Origin: an uncultured Candidatus Saccharibacteria bacterium | Lineage (GTDB): Bacteria; Patescibacteriota; Minisyncoccia; Phycocordibacterales; Phycocordibacteraceae | Reading direction: 5' to 3' | Assembly (NCBI GenBank): GCA_964618705.1 | Contig: CAZUBJ010000002.1 | Location: 1-46,523, forward strand | DNA length: 46,523 nucleotides | Shown here: positions 31,623 to 41,121 of the stretch, piece by piece | Layout: each line of letters starts with the position of its first letter | How positions within the stretch are numbered: position 1 is the first letter of the stretch | Translations under genes and position numbers: made by a program | The notes under the pieces: generated by a model | The model's input: only the letters and a program-made list of their open reading frames with translations | Databases searched by the model: none | What the model was told of the DNA's origin: nothing

Positions 31623-32828
31623 ATGAAATTTCGTGTATCAGTACAAACGAAAGATGGTGCAAAAGAGAAGCGAATCATAGATGCCGAGAATCGCTTTTCG
31701 GTATATTCGCAACTGGAGGCTGAAGGAGTGACAGTACTTGAAGTTGTGGAAGCAAAGGACCCGAAGAAAGCTGGAGGTATTACATTTGGAACAGGCATCA
31801 AGACCGAGGAGAAGATTACGTTCACCAAGAATCTCTCCGCTATGCTCTCGGCGGGCCTTACACTGTCCCGCGCGCTTTCCGTTATTGAGCGACAGTCAAA
31901 GAACAAGTATCTAAAGGCGGTGGTAGCAAGCATCGAAGAGAAAATTAAAACAGGTGGCTCGTTCCACGAGGCGCTCATGATGCATCAGAAGGTGTTCCCA
32001 GAGCTCTTTATTGCGATGGCGAAGGCGGGAGAAGAATCAGGAACCCTTGCAGAATCACTTAAGTCTATCGCTAAGCAGATGGACCGATCGTTCACGCTCC
32101 AGAAGAAAGTGAAAGGAGCGATGATCTACCCAAGCATCATTCTCTCGGCGATTGTTGTGATTGGTGTGCTCATGCTTATGTTCGTGGTGCCAACACTGTC
32201 TGCCACGTTTGAATCCTTGGGTGTCGAGCTACCAATGGCCACCAAGGTCATCATTGGCATTTCAAACTTCCTCGCTGAAAACGTCATTATTTCCTTGCTG
32301 CTCCTTGCTGGTTTCTTTGCAGGAATCTATGCGTTCACGCATTCCCGATTCGGTGCTGCGCTTATTCTCCAGATAGCACTTCGTATTCCGGTGATTGGGG
32401 ATTTGGTACGAGAGACGATGGGTGCTCGCGCAGCACGCGCGCTTTCTTCACTTCTTTCCTCGGGCGTGGAAATGCTCACTGCTATAAAAATTGCAGGGGA
32501 AGTAGTAGGAAAGAATGTATTTGGAGTAGTGCTCACCGAGGCAGAAGAGCGTGTGCGTAAAGGAGAAGCGCTCTCAGCAACCTTTAACAAGTATCCCGAT
32601 TTGTTTCCGGCGTTTTTCACGGACATGATTTTAGTAGGTGAGGAAACAGGAAAGGTGTCCGACATGTTGGGACAGGTTGCTGAATACTATGAAACCGATG
32701 TTGAAGATAGAACCAAAGATCTCTCAACTATTATTGAGCCACTTTTGATGCTTTTCATTGGAGTCTTTGTGGGAGTGTTTGCGATTTCGATGATTACACC
32801 AATCTACTCGCTTTCTTCAAAAATATAG
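31623..32828 (+). CDS. pilC: type IV pilus platform protein (PilC/GspF family)
   Basis: Two T2SSF repeats (LSAMLSAGLTLSRALSVI…; LSSLLSSGVEMLTAIKIAG…) and three TM segments. Confidence 0.9.
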   Translation: MKFRVSVQTKDGAKEKRIIDAENRFSVYSQLEAEGVTVLEVVEAKDPKKAGGITFGTGIKTEEKITFTKNLSAMLSAGLTLSRALSVIERQSKNKYLKAVVASIEEKIKTGGSFHEALMMHQKVFPELFIAMAKAGEESGTLAESLKSIAKQMDRSFTLQKKVKGAMIYPSIILSAIVVIGVLMLMFVVPTLSATFESLGVELPMATKVIIGISNFLAENVIISLLLLAGFFAGIYAFTHSRFGAALILQIALRIPVIGDLVRETMGARAARALSSLLSSGVEMLTAIKIAGEVVGKNVFGVVLTEAEERVRKGEALSATFNKYPDLFPAFFTDMILVGEETGKVSDMLGQVAEYYETDVEDRTKDLSTIIEPLLMLFIGVFVGVFAISMITPIYSLSSKI

Positions 32829-32883
32829 GCGCATTTATTCGTGCGGTGCACACAGTAGTGAGACAGTGCGCTATCATACACAC

Positions 32884-34347
32884 ATGAACGCACCGCGCGG
32901 GATGTCGCTAATAGATGTGATTGTTGGATGCGCGCTTATTTTGGTCGTGTTTGTCGGGCTCATTGGATTGTTGCGCGCGTCGCTTCTTATTTCCGGTATT
33001 GCAAAGGCGCGTGCTGGTGCCACGGCTATTGCAGAATCACAGCTTGAGTACGTTCGCGGACTGGACTATGACATTGTGGGTACTATTGGGGGCATCCCTG
33101 CGGGGCAGGTGGTGGCCACTAGTACGCAAGTAGTAAACGGTGTCACATACGCAACGCGCACCTTGATCGTGTATGTAGACGACCCTAAGGACGGGTACGG
33201 CGCCGCTGACGCAAACGGTATACAAACGGACTATAAGCAAGTCAAAGTAGAGGTTACCTATACCGTTCGCTCTACTCCACACACCATTTCCTTAGTTTCA
33301 AACTATGCTCCCCCTGGTCTTGAAACCACCACCAACGGAGGCACGCTCGCTATTGCGGTTGTTGGTGCCACGGGCACTCCAGTGCCCGGCGCTACGGTCT
33401 CCATACAAAACAGTGCCACAGTCCCGACTGTATCGTTCACCACCTTTAGTGATGCCCTCGGGTACGTGCAATTACCAGGCGCGCCAACTTCTACTCAGTA
33501 CCGTATTAGTGTTGGAAAGACAGGATACTCAAGCGCCGAAACCTATCTGCGTGACGCAACCAATCAAAACCCAACCCCGGGGTACCTCACCGTTGCTAAG
33601 GGACAGACCACCACCAGTACCTTTGCCATAGATGTTCTTGCGCCGTTCACCCTCCGAACCTTCTCGCCGATTCGAGCAACCACTACCACCGACACGTTCG
33701 CTAATGCCTTGAGCCTTGCAACACAAACAAATACTGCGGTAACGGGTGGAAGTTTGCGGCTCGCAACCGGCGCTAATGGATATGCGCTTGCTGGAACCGC
33801 TCAGGGAACTAGTATCACTCCGCAGTATCTGGCCGCTTGGAAGCAACTGCAGGGCACCATAAGCACGCCGGTTGGGACAGTCGCGCTTGTGCGTGTGATG
33901 GATGGCGCAGGCACACTCCTGCCCGATGCGGTGCTGCCCGGAAACGCTTCCGGGTTTAGTACATTCCCCGTATCACTGAGTGGAGTTGCGACCACGACCT
34001 ACCCAACACTCGCGCTTCAAGCAACGCTCAATACAACTAGCACCACCACAACATCTCAGATTCTTGATTGGGGAATTTCCTATGATGAAGGACCTGTACC
34101 GCTTCCGAATGTCACGTTCACCTTGACTGGTGCAAAGCGAAAGGGAACAACAGGAGCGGGTGTACCGATTTACAAAACGGTGATAGCAAGTACGACCGGA
34201 GCAAGTGCGGTGTTTAGTAGCTCGCTCGAGTGGGACGTGTACACGGTAAGCGGACTATCACTTACGATACGAACAGCTTCTTCCACGCCGACACCCTTTA
34301 CGCTTGATCCAGGAACAGCGTTTGATGCTGCCCTTATACTAGAGTAA
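32884..34347 (+). CDS. large pseudopilin-like protein with a beta-rich, T/S/G-rich ectodomain
   Basis: MNAPRG|MSLIDVIVGCALILVVFVGLIG resembles a prepilin leader plus hydrophobic helix, with D in place of E5. A carboxypeptidase-regulatory-like segment is present (PVPGATVSIQNS…GYVQLPG…YRISVGKTGYSS). Confidence 0.55.
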   Translation: MNAPRGMSLIDVIVGCALILVVFVGLIGLLRASLLISGIAKARAGATAIAESQLEYVRGLDYDIVGTIGGIPAGQVVATSTQVVNGVTYATRTLIVYVDDPKDGYGAADANGIQTDYKQVKVEVTYTVRSTPHTISLVSNYAPPGLETTTNGGTLAIAVVGATGTPVPGATVSIQNSATVPTVSFTTFSDALGYVQLPGAPTSTQYRISVGKTGYSSAETYLRDATNQNPTPGYLTVAKGQTTTSTFAIDVLAPFTLRTFSPIRATTTTDTFANALSLATQTNTAVTGGSLRLATGANGYALAGTAQGTSITPQYLAAWKQLQGTISTPVGTVALVRVMDGAGTLLPDAVLPGNASGFSTFPVSLSGVATTTYPTLALQATLNTTSTTTTSQILDWGISYDEGPVPLPNVTFTLTGAKRKGTTGAGVPIYKTVIASTTGASAVFSSSLEWDVYTVSGLSLTIRTASSTPTPFTLDPGTAFDAALILE

Positions 34348-34349
34348 GC

Positions 34350-34928
34350 ATGAAGGCCTTCACTCTTGCAGAGACCGTAGTGGTAGTGGCAATACTTGGC
34401 GCTGCTGGCGTAGCACTTTCAGGCATGATTGCGTTCTTTTATAAATCAAACGCGTATCTACTCGAGCAGACGAGTGCGGTTGATAGTGCGAGTCGCGGTC
34501 TCTCAATTGCGCACAAGGATATTCGTGAAGCTTCCTATGGCGAAGACGGCGCCTATCCAATTGCAGTAGCGGCAACGTCCACTATTACATTGTTCAGTGA
34601 TGTCGACGGCGATGGTCCGGTTGAGAAGGTGCGCTTTTATATACAGAACGGAACGCTCTACCGTGCGGTGACTAATGCGGCTGGAAACCCGCCTTCGTAC
34701 AGCGGTCAGCCCGAGTCGCTCTACACCATTGCCACTTCAGTTATGAATGCGTCCACCTCGCCACTATTCCGATACTACTCGGCTGCGGGCACAGAGCTCA
34801 CGGGGACTATTGATATTGCTGCGGTTCGTTCCATTCGTATTCAATTGTTGACCGACCTCAATCCGCAGCGCGCACCGAACGTGGTGTTGCTTGAGCGAAG
34901 TGCCACACTTAGAAACTTGCGAAACTAA
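34350..34928 (+). CDS. pseudopilin (prepilin-type N-terminal domain)
   Basis: MKAFTLAETVVVVAILGAAGVAL, the FTLxE signature. Confidence 0.65.
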   Translation: MKAFTLAETVVVVAILGAAGVALSGMIAFFYKSNAYLLEQTSAVDSASRGLSIAHKDIREASYGEDGAYPIAVAATSTITLFSDVDGDGPVEKVRFYIQNGTLYRAVTNAAGNPPSYSGQPESLYTIATSVMNASTSPLFRYYSAAGTELTGTIDIAAVRSIRIQLLTDLNPQRAPNVVLLERSATLRNLRN

Positions 34929-34929
34929 T

Positions 34930-36351
34930 ATGAAGCACTGCCAGTCTCCGAGAGGATATCTTATGCTCACCACACTTGTGTTTGGCGCGATATTTTTTGG
35001 CGTGCTCGGAGCACTCGCAAGTTTTGTACTCACGGAGAACAAGCTCCAAATGAATACAACGTCAGGTAACCGTGGACTCGCGATTGCGGAGGCGGGTCTT
35101 GAATACTATCGCTGGTTCCTCGCACACAATCCAAACGATTTGCAAAACGGCACAGGGGTTGCAGGACCATACACCATTCCCTACGACGACCCTGAAGGAG
35201 GGCAAACGGGTACTATCACGTTGAACATAACCGGGAACGCGTCGTGCGGTCAGACCACTTCAATTGATATCCGTTCAACGGGAACGCCCGTAGAGAATCC
35301 GAGTGCTGACCGAACGATTATTGCACGGTACGCGAGGCCGACAGTGGCACAGTTCTCCTATGTGCTTAATAGTACGGTGTGGGCAGGAGACGACCGTATC
35401 ATCTCAGGTCCCTATCACAGCAATGGAGGTATTCGCATGGACGGTACGGCAAATGCACCAGTGACAAGCTCACTCTCAACGTGGCTTTGTACTTCATCCT
35501 TTGGCTGTTCACCGAACCAGACCAAGGCAGGCGTCTGGGGAGCGGGACCAAATCAATCGCTGTGGGAGTACCCCGTGCCGCAAGTAGACTTTGCAGGCAT
35601 TGCAGCAGATTTCACCAACCTCAAAACAACTGCAACAGCCAGTGGCCTGTACTTTCCTCGCTACAGCTCAGGGAACAGTGGCCAGGCAAACTATTGGCGT
35701 GGCTACCACCTGACCTTTAATGGTAATGGTACGGTTACCGTGCGCCGCGTAAGTGCAACTACATCACTCTCCTCCGGGCGTATTAATCCAGAGGACACAC
35801 TGGACAGGACGCTCATTTCAAACGAGAGCTTGTACGGTACCTATACTATTCCAGCGAACTGCGGACTCATATTTGTGGAAGACAATCTTTGGGTAGACGG
35901 CGTCGTTGATAGAAAGGTGACGGTGGTTGCGGCAAATGTAGTGACTACTGGCGTGGAACCGAATGTAATGCTTCCAGGGAACTTAACCTATGCAGCAACT
36001 GACGGCACTGACGGCCTGACACTCATTGCGGAGAATAATGTGCTTATTACTCCGAATTCGCCACAGAATATGACATTAAATGGCGTGTTCATTGCACAAG
36101 GAGGTGCTTTTGGACGCAACCTCTACAGCTGCCCGGGAACGTACGAACCACGGGGAACACTCACTATTCTCGGTACTACCGTGTCCAACTTACGCACGGG
36201 TACGCAGTGGGTGAATGGATGCGGATGGTCTGGGGACGGGGGGTATCAATCTCGCATAGATGCCTTTGATAGAAAGCTCTCCACAGACCCGCCGCCGTTC
36301 ACTCCGTACACCTCAACCGACTACCAGTTTGTGGATTGGCGACAGGAATAG
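34930..36351 (+). CDS. PilX-like / minor-pilin-like large secreted protein
   Basis: The ATG lies 1 nt after the previous stop. N-terminal hydrophobic helix YLMLTTLVFGAIFFGVLGALASFVL and a large G/T/N-rich ectodomain. Confidence 0.5.
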   Translation: MKHCQSPRGYLMLTTLVFGAIFFGVLGALASFVLTENKLQMNTTSGNRGLAIAEAGLEYYRWFLAHNPNDLQNGTGVAGPYTIPYDDPEGGQTGTITLNITGNASCGQTTSIDIRSTGTPVENPSADRTIIARYARPTVAQFSYVLNSTVWAGDDRIISGPYHSNGGIRMDGTANAPVTSSLSTWLCTSSFGCSPNQTKAGVWGAGPNQSLWEYPVPQVDFAGIAADFTNLKTTATASGLYFPRYSSGNSGQANYWRGYHLTFNGNGTVTVRRVSATTSLSSGRINPEDTLDRTLISNESLYGTYTIPANCGLIFVEDNLWVDGVVDRKVTVVAANVVTTGVEPNVMLPGNLTYAATDGTDGLTLIAENNVLITPNSPQNMTLNGVFIAQGGAFGRNLYSCPGTYEPRGTLTILGTTVSNLRTGTQWVNGCGWSGDGGYQSRIDAFDRKLSTDPPPFTPYTSTDYQFVDWRQE

Positions 36352-36385
36352 TGGGGGAAGCGGGGCATGCTAGCATTGTAGGCAT

Positions 36386-37123
36386 ATGCTCATCGTCTCG
36401 AACTGGAAGGCTTACGTAGAATCAAAGGACAAGGCGAAAGGCTTGGCAGCAACAGCCGTCAAACTGGCAAAGGGCAAGAAGCACGACTTGGTGCTATGTG
36501 TCCCTGCTCCATACCTTGGACTCCTTTCAGGTGTTTCTGGCGTTGCGCTCGGGGCGCAGGACGTTTCGGCAACACTTGGGGGTGCAGCAACAGGGGAAGT
36601 TACTGCTGGGGCGGTCGCGTCACTTGGAGCTACTTACGTTATCGTTGGTCATTCAGAGCGTCGCGCCCTGGGGGAAGCTGATGCGGTCATTTTGGAAAAG
36701 ACTCGTCATGCACTGGCGCACGGCCTCACGCCTATCTTGTGCGTTGGCGAACGAGAGCGTGATGAGGACGCGCAGTATTTAAAGACTGTCCGTTCAGAAC
36801 TTTCCTCAATATTTGACTCGCTTACACAAAAGGAGTGCATGGAGATAGTGGTCGCGTATGAACCATTGTGGGCAATCGGGAAAACTGCGGACGAGGCGAT
36901 TACAAACGAAGATTTGCGAGAAATGGTTTCCTATATCCGCAAAGTACTTGGCGACTTTGTGCCTGGTAAGGCGGCGTCTCGTATTCGTGTGTTGTACGGA
37001 GGATCTGCAGAGGCAGCGAATGCACCGACCCTTGCTACAGATTCGGGTATAGACGGATTCTTGGTAGGGCACGCAAGTGCTGACCCGGTGTCCTACGGTG
37101 CACTTGTAAAAGCACTCTCCTAA
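36386..37123 (+). CDS. tpiA: triosephosphate isomerase
   Basis: SNWKAY, VIVGHSERR, AYEPLWAIGKT, YGGS. Confidence 0.9.
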   Translation: MLIVSNWKAYVESKDKAKGLAATAVKLAKGKKHDLVLCVPAPYLGLLSGVSGVALGAQDVSATLGGAATGEVTAGAVASLGATYVIVGHSERRALGEADAVILEKTRHALAHGLTPILCVGERERDEDAQYLKTVRSELSSIFDSLTQKECMEIVVAYEPLWAIGKTADEAITNEDLREMVSYIRKVLGDFVPGKAASRIRVLYGGSAEAANAPTLATDSGIDGFLVGHASADPVSYGALVKALS

Positions 37124-37320
37124 GGCTGCTCGAGGAGCAACCCAACGCTTTCGGTGTAGCTTGAAAGCGCAAACGGTACAATAAAGACGGCAGCAACAAG
37201 AGGAAGAAGCAGTGCGGCAGCGGTGACAATAAAGGTCCACTGCATATATCGCCGCGTCTTTTCTACTGAAGCGGATAGAGCATCAATTTTTTCTGTAAGT
37301 GTGGCGAGCGTTGGTTCCAT
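37120..37320 (-). CDS. small membrane protein (66 aa)
   Basis: ATG at 37320. TM helix WTFIVTAAALLLPLVAAVFIVPF. Its stop is convergent with, and overlaps, the tpiA stop. Confidence 0.4.
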   Translation of the reverse strand: MEPTLATLTEKIDALSASVEKTRRYMQWTFIVTAAALLLPLVAAVFIVPFALSSYTESVGLLLEQP

Positions 37321-37362
37321 ATGACTCAACTATACTCCATGCGAGTGCGGTAGTATGGGTGC

Positions 37363-38499
37363 ATGAAGCTACTTCGCGAGTGCAGAAATCTAGAGAACAT
37401 CCCCGTACTCGTGCGTACCGCACTCAATGTGCCGGTTGCGGACGGTACGGTTGCGGGCAATTTTCGTCTGCGCCGCGCACTCCCGACCATTGAATATCTG
37501 CGCGAGAAGAATGCTCGTGTCATTCTTCTCGGTCACATTGGAGACGGGGGCACGGAGACACTTCTGCCGGTATACGAAGCAATGAAGGAGTTCTTTCCAC
37601 GCATAGCATTTTGCCCGGTGACTACTGGACCAGTTGCGAGAGAAGCAGTGCGAGCGTTGCCCGCAGGAGGGATTCTTATGCTCGAAAATGTTAGGCGCAA
37701 TCGAGGCGAGAAACTAAACGATGAATCCTTTGCTCGTGAGCTAGCCCAGCTTGCAGACGTGTTCGTGCAGGATTCATTTGATGTGTGTCACCGCGCGCAC
37801 GCTTCAGTTGTGGGTGTCCCTGCGTTTTTACCTTCCTATGCCGGGCTTCTTGTTGAAGAGGAAGTGCGAGAACTTTCCCGTGCACTAAAGCCAAAGTCGC
37901 CGTCACTCGCAATTATTGGTGGCGCTAAATTTGTTACGAAAGAGGCGGTGCTTAAACGGTTACTTGCCGCATATACCAATGTGTTCGTCGGCGGAGCGCT
38001 CGCAAATGATTTTATGGCCGAGCAAGGAATCCCGACGGAGTTATCACTTCGTTCAAAGGAAGGACAAGAAGAGATTCGTTCGCTGCTTTCACATAAACGA
38101 CTTCTTTTACCGCTCGATACCGTTATCGGCGCTCCAGGAAGTTCGGGTGGGTCTGGGCGTGTTGGTGTACTTGATGGTGTGGCACCGTTCGAAGCAATTT
38201 TAGATGATGGACCAAAGACAGTAGAAATGCTCGCCGGCCTCGCAATGGGTGCAAAGACTATTTTGTGGAACGGTCCACTCGGTAATTACGAGCACGGATA
38301 TACGGAAGGAACCGAGTCGCTCGCGCGGGCAATTGCAAAGAGCAAGGGTCACTCAATTGTTGGTGGAGGAGACACGGTAGCCGCAATCGAGAAACTTGGA
38401 CTGAACGATCAGTTCGGGTTTATCTCAACGGGTGGGGGAGCTATGCTTGAGTTCCTTGCACAGGGCTCACTTGTCGGGGTCGACGCACTGTCGCACTAG
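37363..38499 (+). CDS. pgk: phosphoglycerate kinase
   Basis: VLVRTALNVPV, RLRRALPTIEYL, ILLGHIG, IIGGAKF, GPLGNYE, VGGGDT, STGGGA. Confidence 0.9.
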   Translation: MKLLRECRNLENIPVLVRTALNVPVADGTVAGNFRLRRALPTIEYLREKNARVILLGHIGDGGTETLLPVYEAMKEFFPRIAFCPVTTGPVAREAVRALPAGGILMLENVRRNRGEKLNDESFARELAQLADVFVQDSFDVCHRAHASVVGVPAFLPSYAGLLVEEEVRELSRALKPKSPSLAIIGGAKFVTKEAVLKRLLAAYTNVFVGGALANDFMAEQGIPTELSLRSKEGQEEIRSLLSHKRLLLPLDTVIGAPGSSGGSGRVGVLDGVAPFEAILDDGPKTVEMLAGLAMGAKTILWNGPLGNYEHGYTEGTESLARAIAKSKGHSIVGGGDTVAAIEKLGLNDQFGFISTGGGAMLEFLAQGSLVGVDALSH

Positions 38500-38909
38500 C
38501 TAAGACTAGAACGAATTGTCTGTGCAATCCGTTCCGCTTCCTCAGTGTCGAAAGCAATCTTTGGCCAACAAAACTCAAAGTCTTCTCGTGCATGGCGAGG
38601 AATAATATGGAAATGAAGATGAAAGACCTCCTGGCCACCTTCGTGTTCGTGGTTTGAGTTAATCTGCACACCCTTAGCGCCAACCGCATCGCGAACGGCT
38701 GGGGCAATTTTTCGTACGGTAGACATTACGCGCGCGAGTGTATCGTCGTCTATGTCAAAGATATTCCTAAATGGCTTTTTTGGAATAACCAATGTGTGGC
38801 CAGGGACATTTGGTGCGATGTCGAGAAAGGCAAGGGTATCGTCGTCCTCATAGACGATTACCGCCGGCAATTCTTTCTTGATAATCCTTGTGAATACAGT
38901 GTCTTCCAT
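38496..38909 (-). CDS. HIT-family (histidine triad) nucleotide hydrolase
   Basis: FTRIIKKELPA…YEDDDTLAFLDI…GHTLVIPK…VFHLHFHIIPR (HxHxHxx). Confidence 0.85.
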   Translation of the reverse strand: MEDTVFTRIIKKELPAVIVYEDDDTLAFLDIAPNVPGHTLVIPKKPFRNIFDIDDDTLARVMSTVRKIAPAVRDAVGAKGVQINSNHEHEGGQEVFHLHFHIIPRHAREDFEFCWPKIAFDTEEAERIAQTIRSSLS

Positions 38910-38953
38910 ACCCCCAAGCATACAATAGGTACTTCAAGGTACAATGCGACGGC

Positions 38954-40678
38954 ATGTTCACGCTCCATGACGTCATAGATGAATCGATTCGCAAGGAGCT
39001 ATCTTCCTACGACGACCTCACCGCCTCGCTTCTAGCGCGTCGTGGTGTGGTAACGGGCGAAGAAGCCGTGGCGTTTCTTAATCCTTCGTACGAGGAGCAC
39101 ATCCACGACCCTTTTTTGATGCAGGACATGGCTAAGGCTGCGTCCCGTGTTGCAGAGGCAATCAACAATCAAGAGCGAATCACGGTCTGGAGCGACTACG
39201 ATTGTGACGGTATTCCCGGAGGCTCTCTGTTACATGATTTTTTTAAAAAAGCCGGAGCAAACTTTACAAACTATATTCCGCACCGTCACCTGGAAGGGTA
39301 TGGCGTAAACGTAGGTGGAATAGAGAAACTCGCACAAGAAGGAACGACGCTCATCGTTACGGTTGATTCGGGTATTACCGATGTTGAAGCGGTTCTACGT
39401 GCACGTGAGCTTGGGATTGATGTGATTGTGACTGACCATCACCTTCCGCAAGATGGTTTGCCGGACGCGTTTGCCATCTTGAATCCGAACGCGCGTGAAG
39501 ATGAGACGTATCCGTACAAGTCGCTCTGTGGTGCGGGGGTTGCGTGGAAGCTGGTGTGTGCCGTCCTTGCGCACGGTTTTGCGGGGCGCGAGCTTATTCC
39601 GCCCGGCTGGGAGAAATGGCTTCTTGATTTGGCAGGGCTCGCAACAATTGCTGATATGGTGCCGCTTACGGGAGAGAATCGTGTGATTGCAAAGTATGGG
39701 CTCCTAGTGATGCGAAAGTCACCACGCATTGGTTTCCAGAAACTGTGCGCGGTTGCTCGGGTGAATCAGCGATTTATAACCGAGGACGATGTCGGCTTCA
39801 TGATAGCGCCCCGAATTAATGCAGCGAGCCGCATGGGAAATCCGCGCGACGCGTTCGTACTTCTCACCACCACGAGCGAAGATGAGGCAACGGAACTCGC
39901 GCGAACACTTGAGGCAGTGAATCGTTCGCGCAAAGCTGCGGCAGGTGCCATTACAAAAAGTGTCCACGCGCGCTTGGAGCGACTGCGTGAAGCCGAGGGA
40001 GACATTCCGTCGGTTATTGTGATGGGCGATCCAGAATGGCGACCAGGACTACTTGGGTTAGTTGCAAGTGGTATCGCAGACGAATACGAGCGCCCTGTTT
40101 TTTTATGGGGACGCGAAGGAAATGAATCACTCAAGGGTTCGTGTCGTGGGGGTCCAGAGCATGTCCATGTTGTGGAGTTGATGCAAGCGGCAGCACCAGA
40201 GACATTTGCGGGTTTTGGAGGACACGCTGCTGCGGGCGGATTCTCCGTTCTTCCGGAGGCGGTATTCGATTTGCCACAGCGGCTTGTGGAAGCGCGGGCA
40301 CATCTGTTGTCGAGCGAAGGCGCCACTGATACGCGCGCAGACTTGGTGCTTGCTCCAAGCGATATTACACACGCACTATTGAAGCAACTGGATATGCTCG
40401 CTCCGTTTGGTATGGGCAACCCAAAGCCAACCGTGTCTTTGCAGAATGTTCATATTGAACGAATCGCGTGGTTTGGAAAATCGTCTGAGCACCTGCGCGT
40501 GCACCTGAAGCGCGAGGAAGGTTCGCTTGAAGCGATTGCGTTTTTTGCGAGGCGCGATCTTGGAAAGGCTCCCGACAGACTTTCGCCAGGAAGCGAAGTG
40601 CACGTGCTCGCGTATGTCGAGCGCGACCAATTCTCGCGCGGTCAGCCCGTGCGACTTCGACTGCTCGGCATTCGCTAA
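38954..40678 (+). CDS. recJ: single-stranded-DNA-specific exonuclease RecJ
   Basis: DHH motifs (VWSDYDCDGI, VTVDSGI, VIVTDHH) and DHHA1 (GGHAAAGGFS). Confidence 0.88.
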   Translation: MFTLHDVIDESIRKELSSYDDLTASLLARRGVVTGEEAVAFLNPSYEEHIHDPFLMQDMAKAASRVAEAINNQERITVWSDYDCDGIPGGSLLHDFFKKAGANFTNYIPHRHLEGYGVNVGGIEKLAQEGTTLIVTVDSGITDVEAVLRARELGIDVIVTDHHLPQDGLPDAFAILNPNAREDETYPYKSLCGAGVAWKLVCAVLAHGFAGRELIPPGWEKWLLDLAGLATIADMVPLTGENRVIAKYGLLVMRKSPRIGFQKLCAVARVNQRFITEDDVGFMIAPRINAASRMGNPRDAFVLLTTTSEDEATELARTLEAVNRSRKAAAGAITKSVHARLERLREAEGDIPSVIVMGDPEWRPGLLGLVASGIADEYERPVFLWGREGNESLKGSCRGGPEHVHVVELMQAAAPETFAGFGGHAAAGGFSVLPEAVFDLPQRLVEARAHLLSSEGATDTRADLVLAPSDITHALLKQLDMLAPFGMGNPKPTVSLQNVHIERIAWFGKSSEHLRVHLKREEGSLEAIAFFARRDLGKAPDRLSPGSEVHVLAYVERDQFSRGQPVRLRLLGIR

Positions 40679-40699
40679 AGCCCAGGTATACTATTCTCC

Positions 40700-41116
40700 A
40701 TGCATTTCATTCTCTACGCCGATGGAGGTTCGCGCGGTAACCCAGGTCCTGCTGGCGCTGGTGCGCTGGTGCGGGACGAGGAGGGAACTCAAGTGGTGAC
40801 AGTCTCTGAATACCTTGGTATTGCCACCAACAATATCGCTGAGTACACTGCGGTCCTTCGCGCGCTTGAAGGACTGCATGCGCTGCTTGGAACTGGCAGC
40901 AGTAGTGCCACTGTAGAAGCACGACTTGATAGTCAGCTTGTCGTGCGTCAGATGAATGGCGAGTACAAGATCAAGCATCCAAATATTATTCCGCTTGCGG
41001 GGAAGGTGAAGGAGGTCGGTCGCAACTTTAAGTCGCTGACTTTTACGCATGTGTATAGAGAAGACAATACGGAAGCGGATGCACTTGCCAATGAGGCGAT
41101 GGACCGAGGCCGCTAG
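40700..41116 (+). CDS. rnhA: ribonuclease HI-type protein
   Basis: LYADGGSRGNPGPAGAG, TNNIAEYTAVLRALE, REDNTEADALANEAMD; the DEDD catalytic pattern. Confidence 0.85.
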   Translation: MHFILYADGGSRGNPGPAGAGALVRDEEGTQVVTVSEYLGIATNNIAEYTAVLRALEGLHALLGTGSSSATVEARLDSQLVVRQMNGEYKIKHPNIIPLAGKVKEVGRNFKSLTFTHVYREDNTEADALANEAMDRGR

Positions 41117-41121
41117 GGCGC

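Noticed and set aside
39766-40419. 217-aa minus-strand ORF inside recJ
   Set aside because: It is antisense to a motif-supported RecJ, with a Ser/Ala/Pro/Arg-rich shadow composition.
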